A DNA stretch of 56,627 nt. Source: an uncultured Gammaproteobacteria bacterium. GTDB taxonomy: Bacteria; Patescibacteriota; Patescibacteriia; UBA1558; GWA2-36-10. The stretch covers positions 1 to 56,627 of the forward strand of contig CAYMZA010000002.1 of the NCBI GenBank assembly GCA_964394835.1. The letters are read 5' to 3'. Both the position numbers and the translations under genes were made by a program. How positions within the stretch are numbered: the stretch's first letter is position 1; every line of letters starts with the position of its first letter. Positions 18,140-27,751 of this stretch are shown one piece after another. The notes beneath the pieces are model-generated. The model was not told where the DNA came from, did not search any database, and worked only from the letters and a program-made list of their open reading frames with translations.

Positions 18140-18407
18140 TTGAACATTACAGGATACTTTGACTATGAGGATTCCGGAAAAGTAAGGGACAGTCGTAGTG
18201 CTGCGATTTCTAAGTTATTTTTTGCTATCAAGAGTGGCCCGTGCCCCGAAGATAGCTATCCTGGCCCCGGAGAAATAAATGGGTACTAAGATAACCTTAC
18301 TTTCCTCACCGTCAAACCAAAAAAGCAGATAACATCTGCCTAGTACCACTCACCAGTTGCCATAAATGCAACAAAGCTTAACAAAGACTGGTGGGTGGTC
18401 TTTTTTT
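18140..18407 (+). ncRNA. Unclassified structured small RNA candidate (about 270 nt)
   Basis: ORF-free gap. G+C is about 45% over 18161-18320 by my hand count, against AT-rich flanks. A 20-bp interrupted helix pairs 18158-18187 with 18295-18316. A terminal 13-bp hairpin (18347-18359 / 18388-18400) is followed by U7. The G.U pairs would be C.A mismatches on the other strand. Confidence 0.55.
18319..18339 (-). terminator. Intrinsic terminator of the histidine kinase transcript
   Basis: Minus strand GCAGAT-GTT-ATCTGC followed by TTTTTT; lies inside the 3' part of the plus-strand RNA candidate. Confidence 0.6.
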
Positions 18408-21186
18408 ATTTCTTTTCTAAATATACTGGTAATATAAATTGAAACACACTACCCCTTCCCCTACCATCACTTTCTGCCCAAATCTTACCACCATGCTCTT
18501 TTATAATCTTCTGTGCAATAAATAATCCTAAACCAGATCCACCAGTATGAATCTGAGCAACACCACTACCTCTAACAAACTTTCTAAAGAGTGTTTTAAC
18601 TTCATCTTTTTCTATACCTATGCCAGTATCTTTAACTTGAAAATTTAATATTTTTCTTGAACAAGAAACTAAAAGTGTTATTTTACCTTTTTGTGTATAT
18701 TTAATAGCATTATCTACTAAATTAAGTACAACATCTCTAATCTTGTCACTATCTGCTAAAATTAAAGGTACTTTTTTACATGACTGAGTATATTCTAGTT
18801 TAAGTTTTTTACTATTAGCTTGATTACTTAATTCTGAAATAACACTTTTAATCAACGGATCTATATCTAATGGTTGTTTATCTAATTTTAATCTTCCAGA
18901 TTCAATACGAGATACATTTAAAAATATATCTATTAATCTAGCCAAACGAGAAGAACTATCAAATAGATCATTAGCTACTTTTTTAATTTTTTTAGGTACC
19001 CTACCAAAATCTCCATCTAAAATCATAGAAAGATAACCTTTTATAGCAGAAACGGGAGTACGTAATTGATGAGAAGCTATAGACAAAAACTCAGATTTAG
19101 TTTTATCAAGAGTTCTTAAATTAACATTAGCTTCTTGCAATTCCTTATTAATAACTTGTAAATTATCATACAGTCTTAAATTACGATATATAATACCAAC
19201 TTGATCAGCTAAAGATGTCATTGTTTCAATATCTAAAGAAGAAATATTATCTTTCTTTTCTTTTAGAAGAAAATGGATTAAACCAATAACCTTACCTTCT
19301 GAAATAATTGGTACACCTATAACTATATTAGTATCTAAACTATGCTGTATTTTATCAATAATATTTTTATCAACTGGAGGACAAAAAAAGTCAGACATTT
19401 TATTAGAAGAATACATTTTATTATCTACTATAACTTTAGCACCTAAATTATATTGACTATCTAATTGAGCAAGAAATTTCTTTGGGTCTTTTTTCAATAA
19501 TTGTATAACTGGTTTAGTAATACTATTTTCTGTTAAAGCTACAGCTGAAAAAGTTTCTTTATCTTTATTTACAAAACTTAAAACTCCACCAACATACCCT
19601 AATTCTGAAGAAATACTATCCACAACTAATTGAATACCTTTGTTTAAATCAAGAATACGACTTAATTTATTAACTATATTCTGCATACCAGAAAGAAACT
19701 TATTACGTTTTTCTAAGGCAATATTAGCTTGTCCTAAACTCTTTGTTTTTTCTTTAACCTTAAATTTTAATTCTTTATTCAATTCTTCAACTTCTTCATA
19801 CAACTTAGATTTTTCAATAGAAGTAGCAATTTGAGGAGCTAAAACCTTAAAAAAATTAATATCTTCTTCATTATATAAATCTCCAGAATTTTTAGAAGAG
19901 ACTATAAGGATAGAATTTAATTTATTATTTTCAATAACAGGAATATACATTTCTGCTTTATTTTTTTCTGCTTCAATAATAAATTTATCAAGTTTTTTTA
20001 CTTCCACACTATCTAAATCAGTATACTCACCTTTTTTAATAATTAATTCTTCTAAAATAATAATATCTTTATTATTTTCTAAGTAACTTACAGTTTCTTT
20101 GGATAAACTAATTTTTTTAGAAGAACCATTGATATAGTTTAAATGATTATTAACCATCACAGCAATTGACACATTCTTTATTTTCAACTCTTTTGATAAA
20201 AATATACTTAATTTAGATAATAATGATTCTAGATTAATTTCACTAGCCATTACCATACCTGCTTTTTGTAAAACTAATTGATAATTTATCTTATCTTTAT
20301 AAAATATAGAATCCGTAACTTTGGCCCATACTTTTTTAACAGGATCTAAGAACAATACTAAAATTATACTATTAAAAATATAAACTAAAATCTTACCTGT
20401 TCTTGTATGAGCTCCTAGATAATTACCAGCTATAAATACCGATAAAGCAAAGAAACTAGCGACAGTACCAACTAAAATAGCATAAAGAACACTACGAGTA
20501 ATTACCAAACGAATATTCATTAAACGATATTTAATAATCGCATAGAATATAAATCCAAACATTATAATAGTAAAAAATGGACCAGCCCAAACATATCTAT
20601 AATTAAAAAATGGTAAAAATAAATTAAAAAAAGAACCAAATATTAAAGCAGTAGATGTTCCTATAAAAACATATTTCAATTTTAATCTACTTATCTTATC
20701 TGCTTCACGATATTTAATTAACCAGATTATAAAAGAAGCTACAATGTAAAATGTAAAATAAAAAACATAAAAGATATAAGCAGACCCTAAAGTAACATCT
20801 TTACCCCAATTCATAATAATTATTTGAGAAAAATGATAATTAGTAAAGTATAAGAAATAAATAATAAATAAAACTGGTATAAATGTTATAAACCTAAACA
20901 AGAAATTAACTTTTATTTTTTTAAAAGGAAAGTAAATAGAAAAAAATAAAAATTCATAAGCAATTAAAGCAGCTATTAAATAATAAAAACGAACAAAGTG
21001 TTTAGCTGTTTCTATATTATTAACATACAAAAAACCTAAAATACCAAAAGTCCATAAAGCACCACTAATAACTAATAAACCATACCAAATATTGGCAGGT
21101 GCTTTTTTATTCTTCATCCAAACAATTAAACCTAAAAATAGATTTAATAATCCAACAAGAAATAATAATATATTTATATTGATCAT
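18406..21186 (-). CDS. Sensor histidine kinase with N-terminal polytopic (7TM-type) domain, GAF-like domains, HisKA and HATPase_c
   Basis: About 8 hydrophobic helices in aa 1-290; H-box SIASHQLRTPV; N-box NLVDNAIKYT; G-boxes DTGIGI and GGSGLGL. Confidence 0.85.
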   Translation of the reverse strand: MININILLFLVGLLNLFLGLIVWMKNKKAPANIWYGLLVISGALWTFGILGFLYVNNIETAKHFVRFYYLIAALIAYEFLFFSIYFPFKKIKVNFLFRFITFIPVLFIIYFLYFTNYHFSQIIIMNWGKDVTLGSAYIFYVFYFTFYIVASFIIWLIKYREADKISRLKLKYVFIGTSTALIFGSFFNLFLPFFNYRYVWAGPFFTIIMFGFIFYAIIKYRLMNIRLVITRSVLYAILVGTVASFFALSVFIAGNYLGAHTRTGKILVYIFNSIILVLFLDPVKKVWAKVTDSIFYKDKINYQLVLQKAGMVMASEINLESLLSKLSIFLSKELKIKNVSIAVMVNNHLNYINGSSKKISLSKETVSYLENNKDIIILEELIIKKGEYTDLDSVEVKKLDKFIIEAEKNKAEMYIPVIENNKLNSILIVSSKNSGDLYNEEDINFFKVLAPQIATSIEKSKLYEEVEELNKELKFKVKEKTKSLGQANIALEKRNKFLSGMQNIVNKLSRILDLNKGIQLVVDSISSELGYVGGVLSFVNKDKETFSAVALTENSITKPVIQLLKKDPKKFLAQLDSQYNLGAKVIVDNKMYSSNKMSDFFCPPVDKNIIDKIQHSLDTNIVIGVPIISEGKVIGLIHFLLKEKKDNISSLDIETMTSLADQVGIIYRNLRLYDNLQVINKELQEANVNLRTLDKTKSEFLSIASHQLRTPVSAIKGYLSMILDGDFGRVPKKIKKVANDLFDSSSRLARLIDIFLNVSRIESGRLKLDKQPLDIDPLIKSVISELSNQANSKKLKLEYTQSCKKVPLILADSDKIRDVVLNLVDNAIKYTQKGKITLLVSCSRKILNFQVKDTGIGIEKDEVKTLFRKFVRGSGVAQIHTGGSGLGLFIAQKIIKEHGGKIWAESDGRGRGSVFQFILPVYLEKK

Positions 21187-21926
21187 TTTTTACAACTTAC
21201 AACCCAAGCTTGATCAGCAAAAGTTTTTTTAAACTTAATATTTTTAAAACCAATTCTTAATAATATACTTTCTATCTTATCTTTTTCATAAAAATGATAT
21301 AAACCTTCCTTACCTTTTCTTTGTATTTCTAAGGCATGTTTTAATATCATTGGACCATAATATAGTCTTTTATAATTCTTTAAATCAAGCATATCTTTAC
21401 CAGAGGCAATAAAAACTTTTAAAAAACTAACATCTTTAATTGGCGTAGACCAAACAAAAGAACCATTTACTTTTAATACTCTATACATATCAGATAATAC
21501 ACCTTCTAGAGCTTCTTCTCCAAATTCACCTTCATGTGTAGTAATATATGTTAAAACTAAATTAGATATTATTTTATCATACTTTTCATCTTCAACTTTT
21601 AATTTATATGATAGGTCATGAAGTACTAAATTCACCTTATCTTCTAAAGTATCGTCTATATCTTTTAACTTATCTTTTATATGACTTAACATTACTTCAC
21701 TAACATCTAAAGCATCTATATTAGCTACATGTTTTTCATTTTCAAGAATTTTTTTAACAATTAAACCTGATCCTGCACCACAATCTAATATATTATCATT
21801 AACATTAAAAGTTAAGAAATCAAAAATACTATCAATTAAATTATGATAAGGAGTGGAACATTCAAGATATGGATATATAGATCCATACTTTGGTCCCCAG
21901 AACTTTATATCATTCTTAGTAATCAT
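21183..21926 (-). CDS. Class I SAM-dependent methyltransferase
   Basis: Motif I ILDCGAGSG; 247 aa; its stop overlaps the kinase start (ATGA). Confidence 0.75.
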   Translation of the reverse strand: MITKNDIKFWGPKYGSIYPYLECSTPYHNLIDSIFDFLTFNVNDNILDCGAGSGLIVKKILENEKHVANIDALDVSEVMLSHIKDKLKDIDDTLEDKVNLVLHDLSYKLKVEDEKYDKIISNLVLTYITTHEGEFGEEALEGVLSDMYRVLKVNGSFVWSTPIKDVSFLKVFIASGKDMLDLKNYKRLYYGPMILKHALEIQRKGKEGLYHFYEKDKIESILLRIGFKNIKFKKTFADQAWVVSCKK

Positions 21927-21962
21927 AACTACATTGTAGCATAAATTAAGGAAAGTTTTAAG

Positions 21963-22763
21963 TTATTTATATGAGTTTATAAAATTTAGTATTTTAGTAT
22001 ACACAAAATCTTTTCTAGAACCCTCTGCTAAACTATGTTTAGCTTTGTTTAATATAAATAAATCTTTATCTTTAGTACCTAAATTCTTAAATACAAACTC
22101 AGAACTATGAGGATTAGAAATATAATCATGACGAGCATGAATAAGCAAAGTAGGTGTATTAACTAAAGAAACATTTTTTTTAGTATGATTATCTATGAAA
22201 TTATAGAAATTAACTATACTTTTAATAGGTATGTGACTATGTTTACCATATTCTTCTAATTTACCTTTATGTTTTTTACTAATCCACTTTTTACGATAAT
22301 TCCTTTTAAATATTCTAGCTAAAGGTAATAATAGTCTAATATATTTTTCTTCTTGTAAATAAATAGGTATTCCTAAGGAAATAATACCCTTAATCTGATT
22401 AAACTTTAAACAAGCTTCAAAACCAAGATTAGCTCCAAATGAATACCCTACTATAAATATACTGTCATATTTATCAACATTACTTTCTATAACCTCTTTT
22501 AGAGAAGTGTACCAATCAACATAACTAGTATTTTTTAAACTTTCTAAACTACCACCATGACCTTTTAAAAGTATGGTATTAATATCAAAACCATTGGAAA
22601 ATAAATAATCAGATAAATTATGCATATCATACGGAGATCCAGTAAAACCATGTATTAAAATAATTAAACTATTATAATCTTCTGAAATAATATTAAAAGG
22701 CCTAGCCTTTTCAGCCACACCTTGTTTATCTATATATATTTTCTTAACTCCTTTATTAACCAT
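21963..22763 (-). CDS. Alpha/beta hydrolase (carboxylesterase / lysophospholipase-like)
   Basis: HGFTGSPYDM oxyanion region, nucleophile elbow GYSFGA, C-terminal H in KHSL. Confidence 0.7.
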   Translation of the reverse strand: MVNKGVKKIYIDKQGVAEKARPFNIISEDYNSLIILIHGFTGSPYDMHNLSDYLFSNGFDINTILLKGHGGSLESLKNTSYVDWYTSLKEVIESNVDKYDSIFIVGYSFGANLGFEACLKFNQIKGIISLGIPIYLQEEKYIRLLLPLARIFKRNYRKKWISKKHKGKLEEYGKHSHIPIKSIVNFYNFIDNHTKKNVSLVNTPTLLIHARHDYISNPHSSEFVFKNLGTKDKDLFILNKAKHSLAEGSRKDFVYTKILNFINSYK

Positions 22764-22765
22764 AA

Positions 22766-24148
22766 TTATATTTTCAACAATACTGCTTTTTGACCTTGTT
22801 TAGAATCTTTAACTTCTACTCCTAATATTTCTAATTCGTCTCTTAACTTATCAGACTCTTCCCATTCTTTATTATCCCTAGCTTCTTGTCTTTGTTTTAA
22901 TAATTCTTTAGCTTCTTCAGGAATATTTAAAATCTTTTTTCTTAAATTATCTAAATCTAAACCTAATATTTTATCCATCTTTAATATAGTTTCTAACTTA
23001 GCTTCACTAGGATAATCGGAATCAATTACAGCTTGTAACACAGATAATGCTTTAGAAGTATTCAAATCATCACCCAGAGCTTCATAAAACTCTTTTTCAA
23101 ACTCTGCACAACCTATCTTAGGATTATCATAATAGGCTATTTCTTTAACTATATTAATTAATCCTTTTTGAGCAGATTCTAAAGATTCCCAAGTAAAATT
23201 TAAAGATTTTCTGTAATTATTCTGTAAAACAAGTAATTTATATGCTAATGGAGAGTATCCTTTTTCTTTAATATTTTCTAAAGTTACAAAACTACCAGAA
23301 GACTTAGACATTTTCTTTCCATCTACTTTATTAAAAGCATTATGTAACCAATGGTTAGCTTGTAATTTACCAGTTACAGCCTTACTCTGAGCCATTTCAT
23401 TAGGATGATGCACTGTTAAATGATCTTCACCACCAGTATGTATATCAAAGGTATCACCTAATTCCATTCTACTCATTACAGAACATTCTAAATGCCAACC
23501 AGGAAATCCTTTACCCCAAGGAGAACTCCATTCCATATCTCTTTTACTATCTTCAGGAGAAAACTTCCATACAGCAAAATCATACTTACTCTTTTTTTCT
23601 TTATTCTTTTCTACTCTAGCACCTTCTTCTAAATCAACGTTCTGTAAATTAGCTAAAATACCATAATCATCTATCTTGGAAGTATCAAAATACATACCAT
23701 CACTAATTTTATACAAATACCCTTTTTCATCTAATTCTTTAACAAAATCAATTTGTTCTTGAATAGTGTCAGTAGCTCTTAAAAACTTACTAGGCTCTAA
23801 TATATTAAATTCTTTAAAATTATCTTTAAATACTTTGATATAGTGTTCAGCTAACTCCCAAGCATCTTTACCAAATTTTCTTTTACCAACCTCCATCTTA
23901 TCCTCTCCTTCATCAGCATCAGAAACTAAATGACCAACATCAGTTAAATTCATAATATGATTTACATCATATCCTTGAGAAATTAAAAACTTTTTCAAAA
24001 CATCCCAGTAAATATATGCTAAAATATTACCAATATGTGGAGCATCATATACTGTAGGACCACAAGTATATAATCCTACTTTATTCTTATCAATACTCTT
24101 AAACTCCTCTTTTTTCTTAGTTAAGCTATTGTATAATTCTATTTTCAT
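22766..24148 (-). CDS. cysS: Cysteine--tRNA ligase
   Basis: Class I signatures HIGN and KMSKS; 460 aa. Confidence 0.95.
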   Translation of the reverse strand: MKIELYNSLTKKKEEFKSIDKNKVGLYTCGPTVYDAPHIGNILAYIYWDVLKKFLISQGYDVNHIMNLTDVGHLVSDADEGEDKMEVGKRKFGKDAWELAEHYIKVFKDNFKEFNILEPSKFLRATDTIQEQIDFVKELDEKGYLYKISDGMYFDTSKIDDYGILANLQNVDLEEGARVEKNKEKKSKYDFAVWKFSPEDSKRDMEWSSPWGKGFPGWHLECSVMSRMELGDTFDIHTGGEDHLTVHHPNEMAQSKAVTGKLQANHWLHNAFNKVDGKKMSKSSGSFVTLENIKEKGYSPLAYKLLVLQNNYRKSLNFTWESLESAQKGLINIVKEIAYYDNPKIGCAEFEKEFYEALGDDLNTSKALSVLQAVIDSDYPSEAKLETILKMDKILGLDLDNLRKKILNIPEEAKELLKQRQEARDNKEWEESDKLRDELEILGVEVKDSKQGQKAVLLKI

Positions 24149-24186
24149 ATATTTAATTATATACTATATATTAACATAAAAGCAAC

Positions 24187-24216
24187 TAAAAAACTACTTC
24201 AATCAAGAAGTAGTTT
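24187..24216 (-). terminator. Intrinsic terminator after gap
   Basis: Minus strand AAACTACTTC-TTGATT-GAAGTAGTTT followed by a T-run. Confidence 0.65.
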
Positions 24217-24227
24217 AATAATATATC

Positions 24228-25229
24228 CTAATTAATTTCATTAATCATGTCTACCAAAGTATTAGCATAACCCCACTCATTATCATACCAAGCTATAATC
24301 TTAACCATATTACCTCCTACTACTTTAGTTAAAGATAAGTCTACAATAGATGATCTAGGATCTCCTATAAAATCAGAAGAAACAACTGGTTCATCTGTAA
24401 CTCCTAATATATCTTTTAAGTTAGTTTTACTAGCTTTAATCAATGCATTATTAACCTTCTCAACAGTAACATCTTTTTTTAATACAAAGGTAAAATCTGC
24501 TAAAGAAACCACAGGTGTAGGTACTCTAATTGATAGTCCATCAAATAATCCTTCTAGCTCAGGTATTACCTTAGCAGTAGCTAAAGCTGCTCCTGTAGTA
24601 GTGGGCACAATATTCTGTCCTGCAGTCCTACCTCTTCTAGAGTCTTTATGTGGTCCATCTACCAACTTCTGCCCTGCGGTATATGAATGTATAGTAGTCA
24701 TCATAGCTTTATCTACACCAAAAGCATTAACTAAAACTTGAGCAACTGGTGCTATACAATTAGTAGTACAAGATGCATTAGATATAACTTTTTGTTTATT
24801 ATATTCCCCTTCATTAACACCTAGTAAAAAAGTATCAATATTACCACCTTTAGCTGGAGCAGAGATTATAACTTTTTTAGCACCTGCTTTAATATGATCT
24901 TTAGCTTTACCATCTTTAACAAATCTACCAGTACACTCTAAAACAACATCTACTTTTAACTTTTTCCAGGGTAATTTAGAAGGTTTAGGCTCTGCTGTAA
25001 TCCTATATTTTTTATTATTTACTATAATATCATCTTCAGTGCTACTTACCTTTTCAGGATAAATACCATAAACAGTATCATATTTAAGAAGATAAGCTAA
25101 ACTTTCATTAGGAGCCAAATCATTAATGCCAACTACTTCATAATTCTTTTCATCTAAAAGTATTTTAAAAGCAGCCCTACCTATTCTTCCAAAACCATTT
25201 ATACCTACCCTTATTTTTTTCTTTGCCAT
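24228..25229 (-). CDS. gap: Glyceraldehyde-3-phosphate dehydrogenase
   Basis: NGFGRIGR and SNASCTTNC active-site motifs. Confidence 0.95.
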   Translation of the reverse strand: MAKKKIRVGINGFGRIGRAAFKILLDEKNYEVVGINDLAPNESLAYLLKYDTVYGIYPEKVSSTEDDIIVNNKKYRITAEPKPSKLPWKKLKVDVVLECTGRFVKDGKAKDHIKAGAKKVIISAPAKGGNIDTFLLGVNEGEYNKQKVISNASCTTNCIAPVAQVLVNAFGVDKAMMTTIHSYTAGQKLVDGPHKDSRRGRTAGQNIVPTTTGAALATAKVIPELEGLFDGLSIRVPTPVVSLADFTFVLKKDVTVEKVNNALIKASKTNLKDILGVTDEPVVSSDFIGDPRSSIVDLSLTKVVGGNMVKIIAWYDNEWGYANTLVDMINEIN

Positions 25230-25252
25230 ATTTTTATTTTAATTACAATAAT

Positions 25253-25261
25253 ATTATATCA
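25253..25261 (-). promoter_or_regulatory. Extended -10 element (TGATATAAT) upstream of gap
   Basis: Minus strand TGATATAAT, 23 nt upstream of the gap ATG. Confidence 0.45.
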
Positions 25262-25291
25262 AAAAAACTAATTAATTGCTAACCAGTTTTA

Positions 25292-26173
25292 TTATTTAGA
25301 ATCACAATTTCCATTACAATCTCCACACTCTTCTTTTATATTCCCCTCTAAAAATGGATACTCAACTATATTGCCATCTATACTTAACTTTACTACATTC
25401 CTTAAAGCACGAACACCAATAACCTTACCCTTGCCTGCTTTTGTCTTAATTACATCACCTACTTTAGGTAAATTACCTAAATGATATCTATATGTTTCTT
25501 CTTCATATCGTAAACAACACTTTAATCTACCACATACTCCAGTGAGTCTATCAGAACCTCTATGTATTAATTCTTGATCTTTTATATATTCAGGACTTAC
25601 ATTACCCAAGGTACTTAACCAAGATTTACAACACAACTGCAAACCACAAGAACCTGTACCACCTAAACACTTAGCCTCATCCCTTACTCCTATTTGTTGT
25701 AATCTAATCTTTCTGTTAAACTTCTTAGCTAAATCTCTAACTAATTCTCTAAAATCTACACGAGAAGAAGCAATAAAGTAGAAAGTAAGTCTTTGCTGAT
25801 CAAAAGATTCAGAAACATCTATTAATTTCATATTATCTAAACTATGTTGCTTGCATAATTCTCTATATTCTTTTAAGTAATCAGAATATCTTTCAGTAAT
25901 TTCTGCTAATTGTTTCAAGTCTTTTTCATTAGCCTTTCTTAATAGTGGTTTAATATCACCAATCTTAGCTTGAGGAATAGTGCCACTTTTATTTTCTTCT
26001 TTTTTATCCTCTTGAAAATCAGATAATGCTACAATCTTACCCAAATCTTGACCTAATATAGTTTCAACTAAAACTATATCTCCCACCTTAATTTCATCAC
26101 TACTTTGTTTAAATTCAGGTAAAAAGAAATATGATTTATCTGCTTTATGGAATTGTACTTTAACTACCTTCAT
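25292..26173 (-). CDS. PSP1 domain protein (YaaT/RicT-like)
   Basis: PSP1-type Cys pattern (CGLQLCC, GVCGRLKCCL) plus a Cys-rich tail ECGDCNGNCDSK. Confidence 0.7.
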   Translation of the reverse strand: MKVVKVQFHKADKSYFFLPEFKQSSDEIKVGDIVLVETILGQDLGKIVALSDFQEDKKEENKSGTIPQAKIGDIKPLLRKANEKDLKQLAEITERYSDYLKEYRELCKQHSLDNMKLIDVSESFDQQRLTFYFIASSRVDFRELVRDLAKKFNRKIRLQQIGVRDEAKCLGGTGSCGLQLCCKSWLSTLGNVSPEYIKDQELIHRGSDRLTGVCGRLKCCLRYEEETYRYHLGNLPKVGDVIKTKAGKGKVIGVRALRNVVKLSIDGNIVEYPFLEGNIKEECGDCNGNCDSK

Positions 26174-26877
26174 TTAACTTTTGTTCCAATATTATTCTTT
26201 AAAGCAGCTTTAACTATATTTTCAGGGCTATATTTAAATACAGATAATTTTAAATTATTATCTTGAGCTAAAGCAAAAGCAGTAGAATCCATTATTTGCA
26301 AGTCTTTTTCTAAAGCTTCATAATAACTTAATGTTTTATATAGTTTAGCATTTTTATCTTTTCTAGGGTCAGCACTATATACCCCATCAACTTGAGTAGC
26401 TTTCAATACTCTAGAAGCACCAACCTCTAAAGCTCTTAATATAGCGGCAGTATCAGTAGTAAAATATGGATTACCAGTACCACCTGCGAATATAACTATT
26501 CTATTATTCTCTAAGTGATTTATAGCTCTTTCATATCCATAATCTTCAGTTACACCAGGTAAAGAAAAAGAAGATAACACCCTAGCTTCTTGCCCTACTT
26601 TTTCTAAAACTGATCGTAATGCTAATGCGTTAATAATGGTTGCCATCATACCCATATGATCTGCTGCTACTCTATCTATTTCCATACCCTTAACCATACG
26701 AGCTCTAAATATATTACCAGCGCCTACAACTATACCTAGCTGATATTTAGCCTTACTTATCTTTTTTAAATTAACAGCTAATTTTTTAATCTTAGCAAAA
26801 TCTAAATTAGCTTCATTATCACCAGACTCTAAAGTCTGCCCTGATAACTTTAATAATATTCTTTTTGTATTTTTCAT
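26170..26877 (-). CDS. pyrH: UMP kinase
   Basis: Amino-acid kinase fold motifs (LKLSG, VVGAGNIFR, FAGGTGNPYFTTD). Confidence 0.95.
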   Translation of the reverse strand: MKNTKRILLKLSGQTLESGDNEANLDFAKIKKLAVNLKKISKAKYQLGIVVGAGNIFRARMVKGMEIDRVAADHMGMMATIINALALRSVLEKVGQEARVLSSFSLPGVTEDYGYERAINHLENNRIVIFAGGTGNPYFTTDTAAILRALEVGASRVLKATQVDGVYSADPRKDKNAKLYKTLSYYEALEKDLQIMDSTAFALAQDNNLKLSVFKYSPENIVKAALKNNIGTKVK

Positions 26878-26930
26878 ATATTTTATTTACTACATAAGTA
26901 TGCCAAAATAATATAAAATTAGCAAGAAAT

Positions 26931-26962
26931 AAAAAAACAGCTATACCATATAGCTGTTTTTT
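26931..26962 (-). terminator. Intrinsic (bidirectional-looking) terminator after tsf
   Basis: ACAGCTATA / TATAGCTGT stem flanked by an A-run and a T-run. Confidence 0.6.
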
Positions 26963-26965
26963 GTT

Positions 26966-27739
26966 TTAAAGTGAATAATATTTAAATTCTTTTATACTCC
27001 CACCATTACTTTCCAATAACTGTTCAATATTCTTCTTGTCATCTTTAACAAATACTTGTTTTAATAAACATACCTCAGTGTAGTATTTATTAATCTTACC
27101 CTCTAGTATCTTTTCAATAACTTCATCAGGCTTATCTTCTTTCTTTAATTGTTCTGTATATATTTCTTTTTCTTTAGCTATCTCTTCTTCTGGAACATCT
27201 TCTGGTTTCAAATACTTAGGTGCCATAGCAGATACATGCATAGCAATATCTTTAGCTAATTCTACACTGCCTTTTTCTAAAACAACAACAGATGCTACTT
27301 TTCTATTAGAATGAAGATATGTACCTATAATATCACCTTCAATAACATTAAAATCACCTAATTGTAAATTCTCACCTATTTTAACAATCAAATCATTCTT
27401 TATCTTATCCTCAGACCATTGTTTAAATTCTTCTTCTCCTACTTCTAGTAATTTTTTACCTAAATCATCAACAGCTTGAATGTAATCTTCATTACGAGCT
27501 ACAAAGTCAGTTTCACATTTTAATGCTACAACACCTACTTTATCACCCTCTTCTAGAACAGTTATACAACCTTCACTAGTATCTCTATCTGATTTTTTAG
27601 CAGCTATCTTAGTTCCAGCTTTACGTAATATTTCAATAGCTTTTTCTTCATCACCTTGAGCTTCGTCTAATGCTTTTTTAACATCACTAATACCAGCCCC
27701 AGTGATCTTTCTCACTTTTTTTATAATCTCAAAAGACAT
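26966..27739 (-). CDS. tsf: Elongation factor Ts
   Basis: UBA-like N-terminus VRKITGAGISDVKKALDEA; position after rpsB. Confidence 0.95.
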   Translation of the reverse strand: MSFEIIKKVRKITGAGISDVKKALDEAQGDEEKAIEILRKAGTKIAAKKSDRDTSEGCITVLEEGDKVGVVALKCETDFVARNEDYIQAVDDLGKKLLEVGEEEFKQWSEDKIKNDLIVKIGENLQLGDFNVIEGDIIGTYLHSNRKVASVVVLEKGSVELAKDIAMHVSAMAPKYLKPEDVPEEEIAKEKEIYTEQLKKEDKPDEVIEKILEGKINKYYTEVCLLKQVFVKDDKKNIEQLLESNGGSIKEFKYYSL

Positions 27740-27751
27740 AATTGTATATAA

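Noticed and set aside
18140-18407. Identifying the orphan RNA as RNase P RNA or SRP RNA
   Set aside because: GAGGAUUCCGG and CCGGAAAAGUAAG superficially recall the P4 (GAGGAAAGUCC) and SRP (CCGGAAGGAAGCAGC) motifs. However, the partner strands (ACAGAAnCCGGCUUA for P4; a closed GNAR tetraloop helix for SRP) are absent, and the length is too short for RNase P. I have left it unclassified.
21183-21186. Alternative genetic code (UGA read as an amino acid, as in Gracilibacteria/SR1 or Mollicutes)
   Set aside because: TGA terminates the methyltransferase at the ATGA overlap, and it terminates infC at 55522-55524 at the expected protein end. All conserved genes are full-length under code 11.
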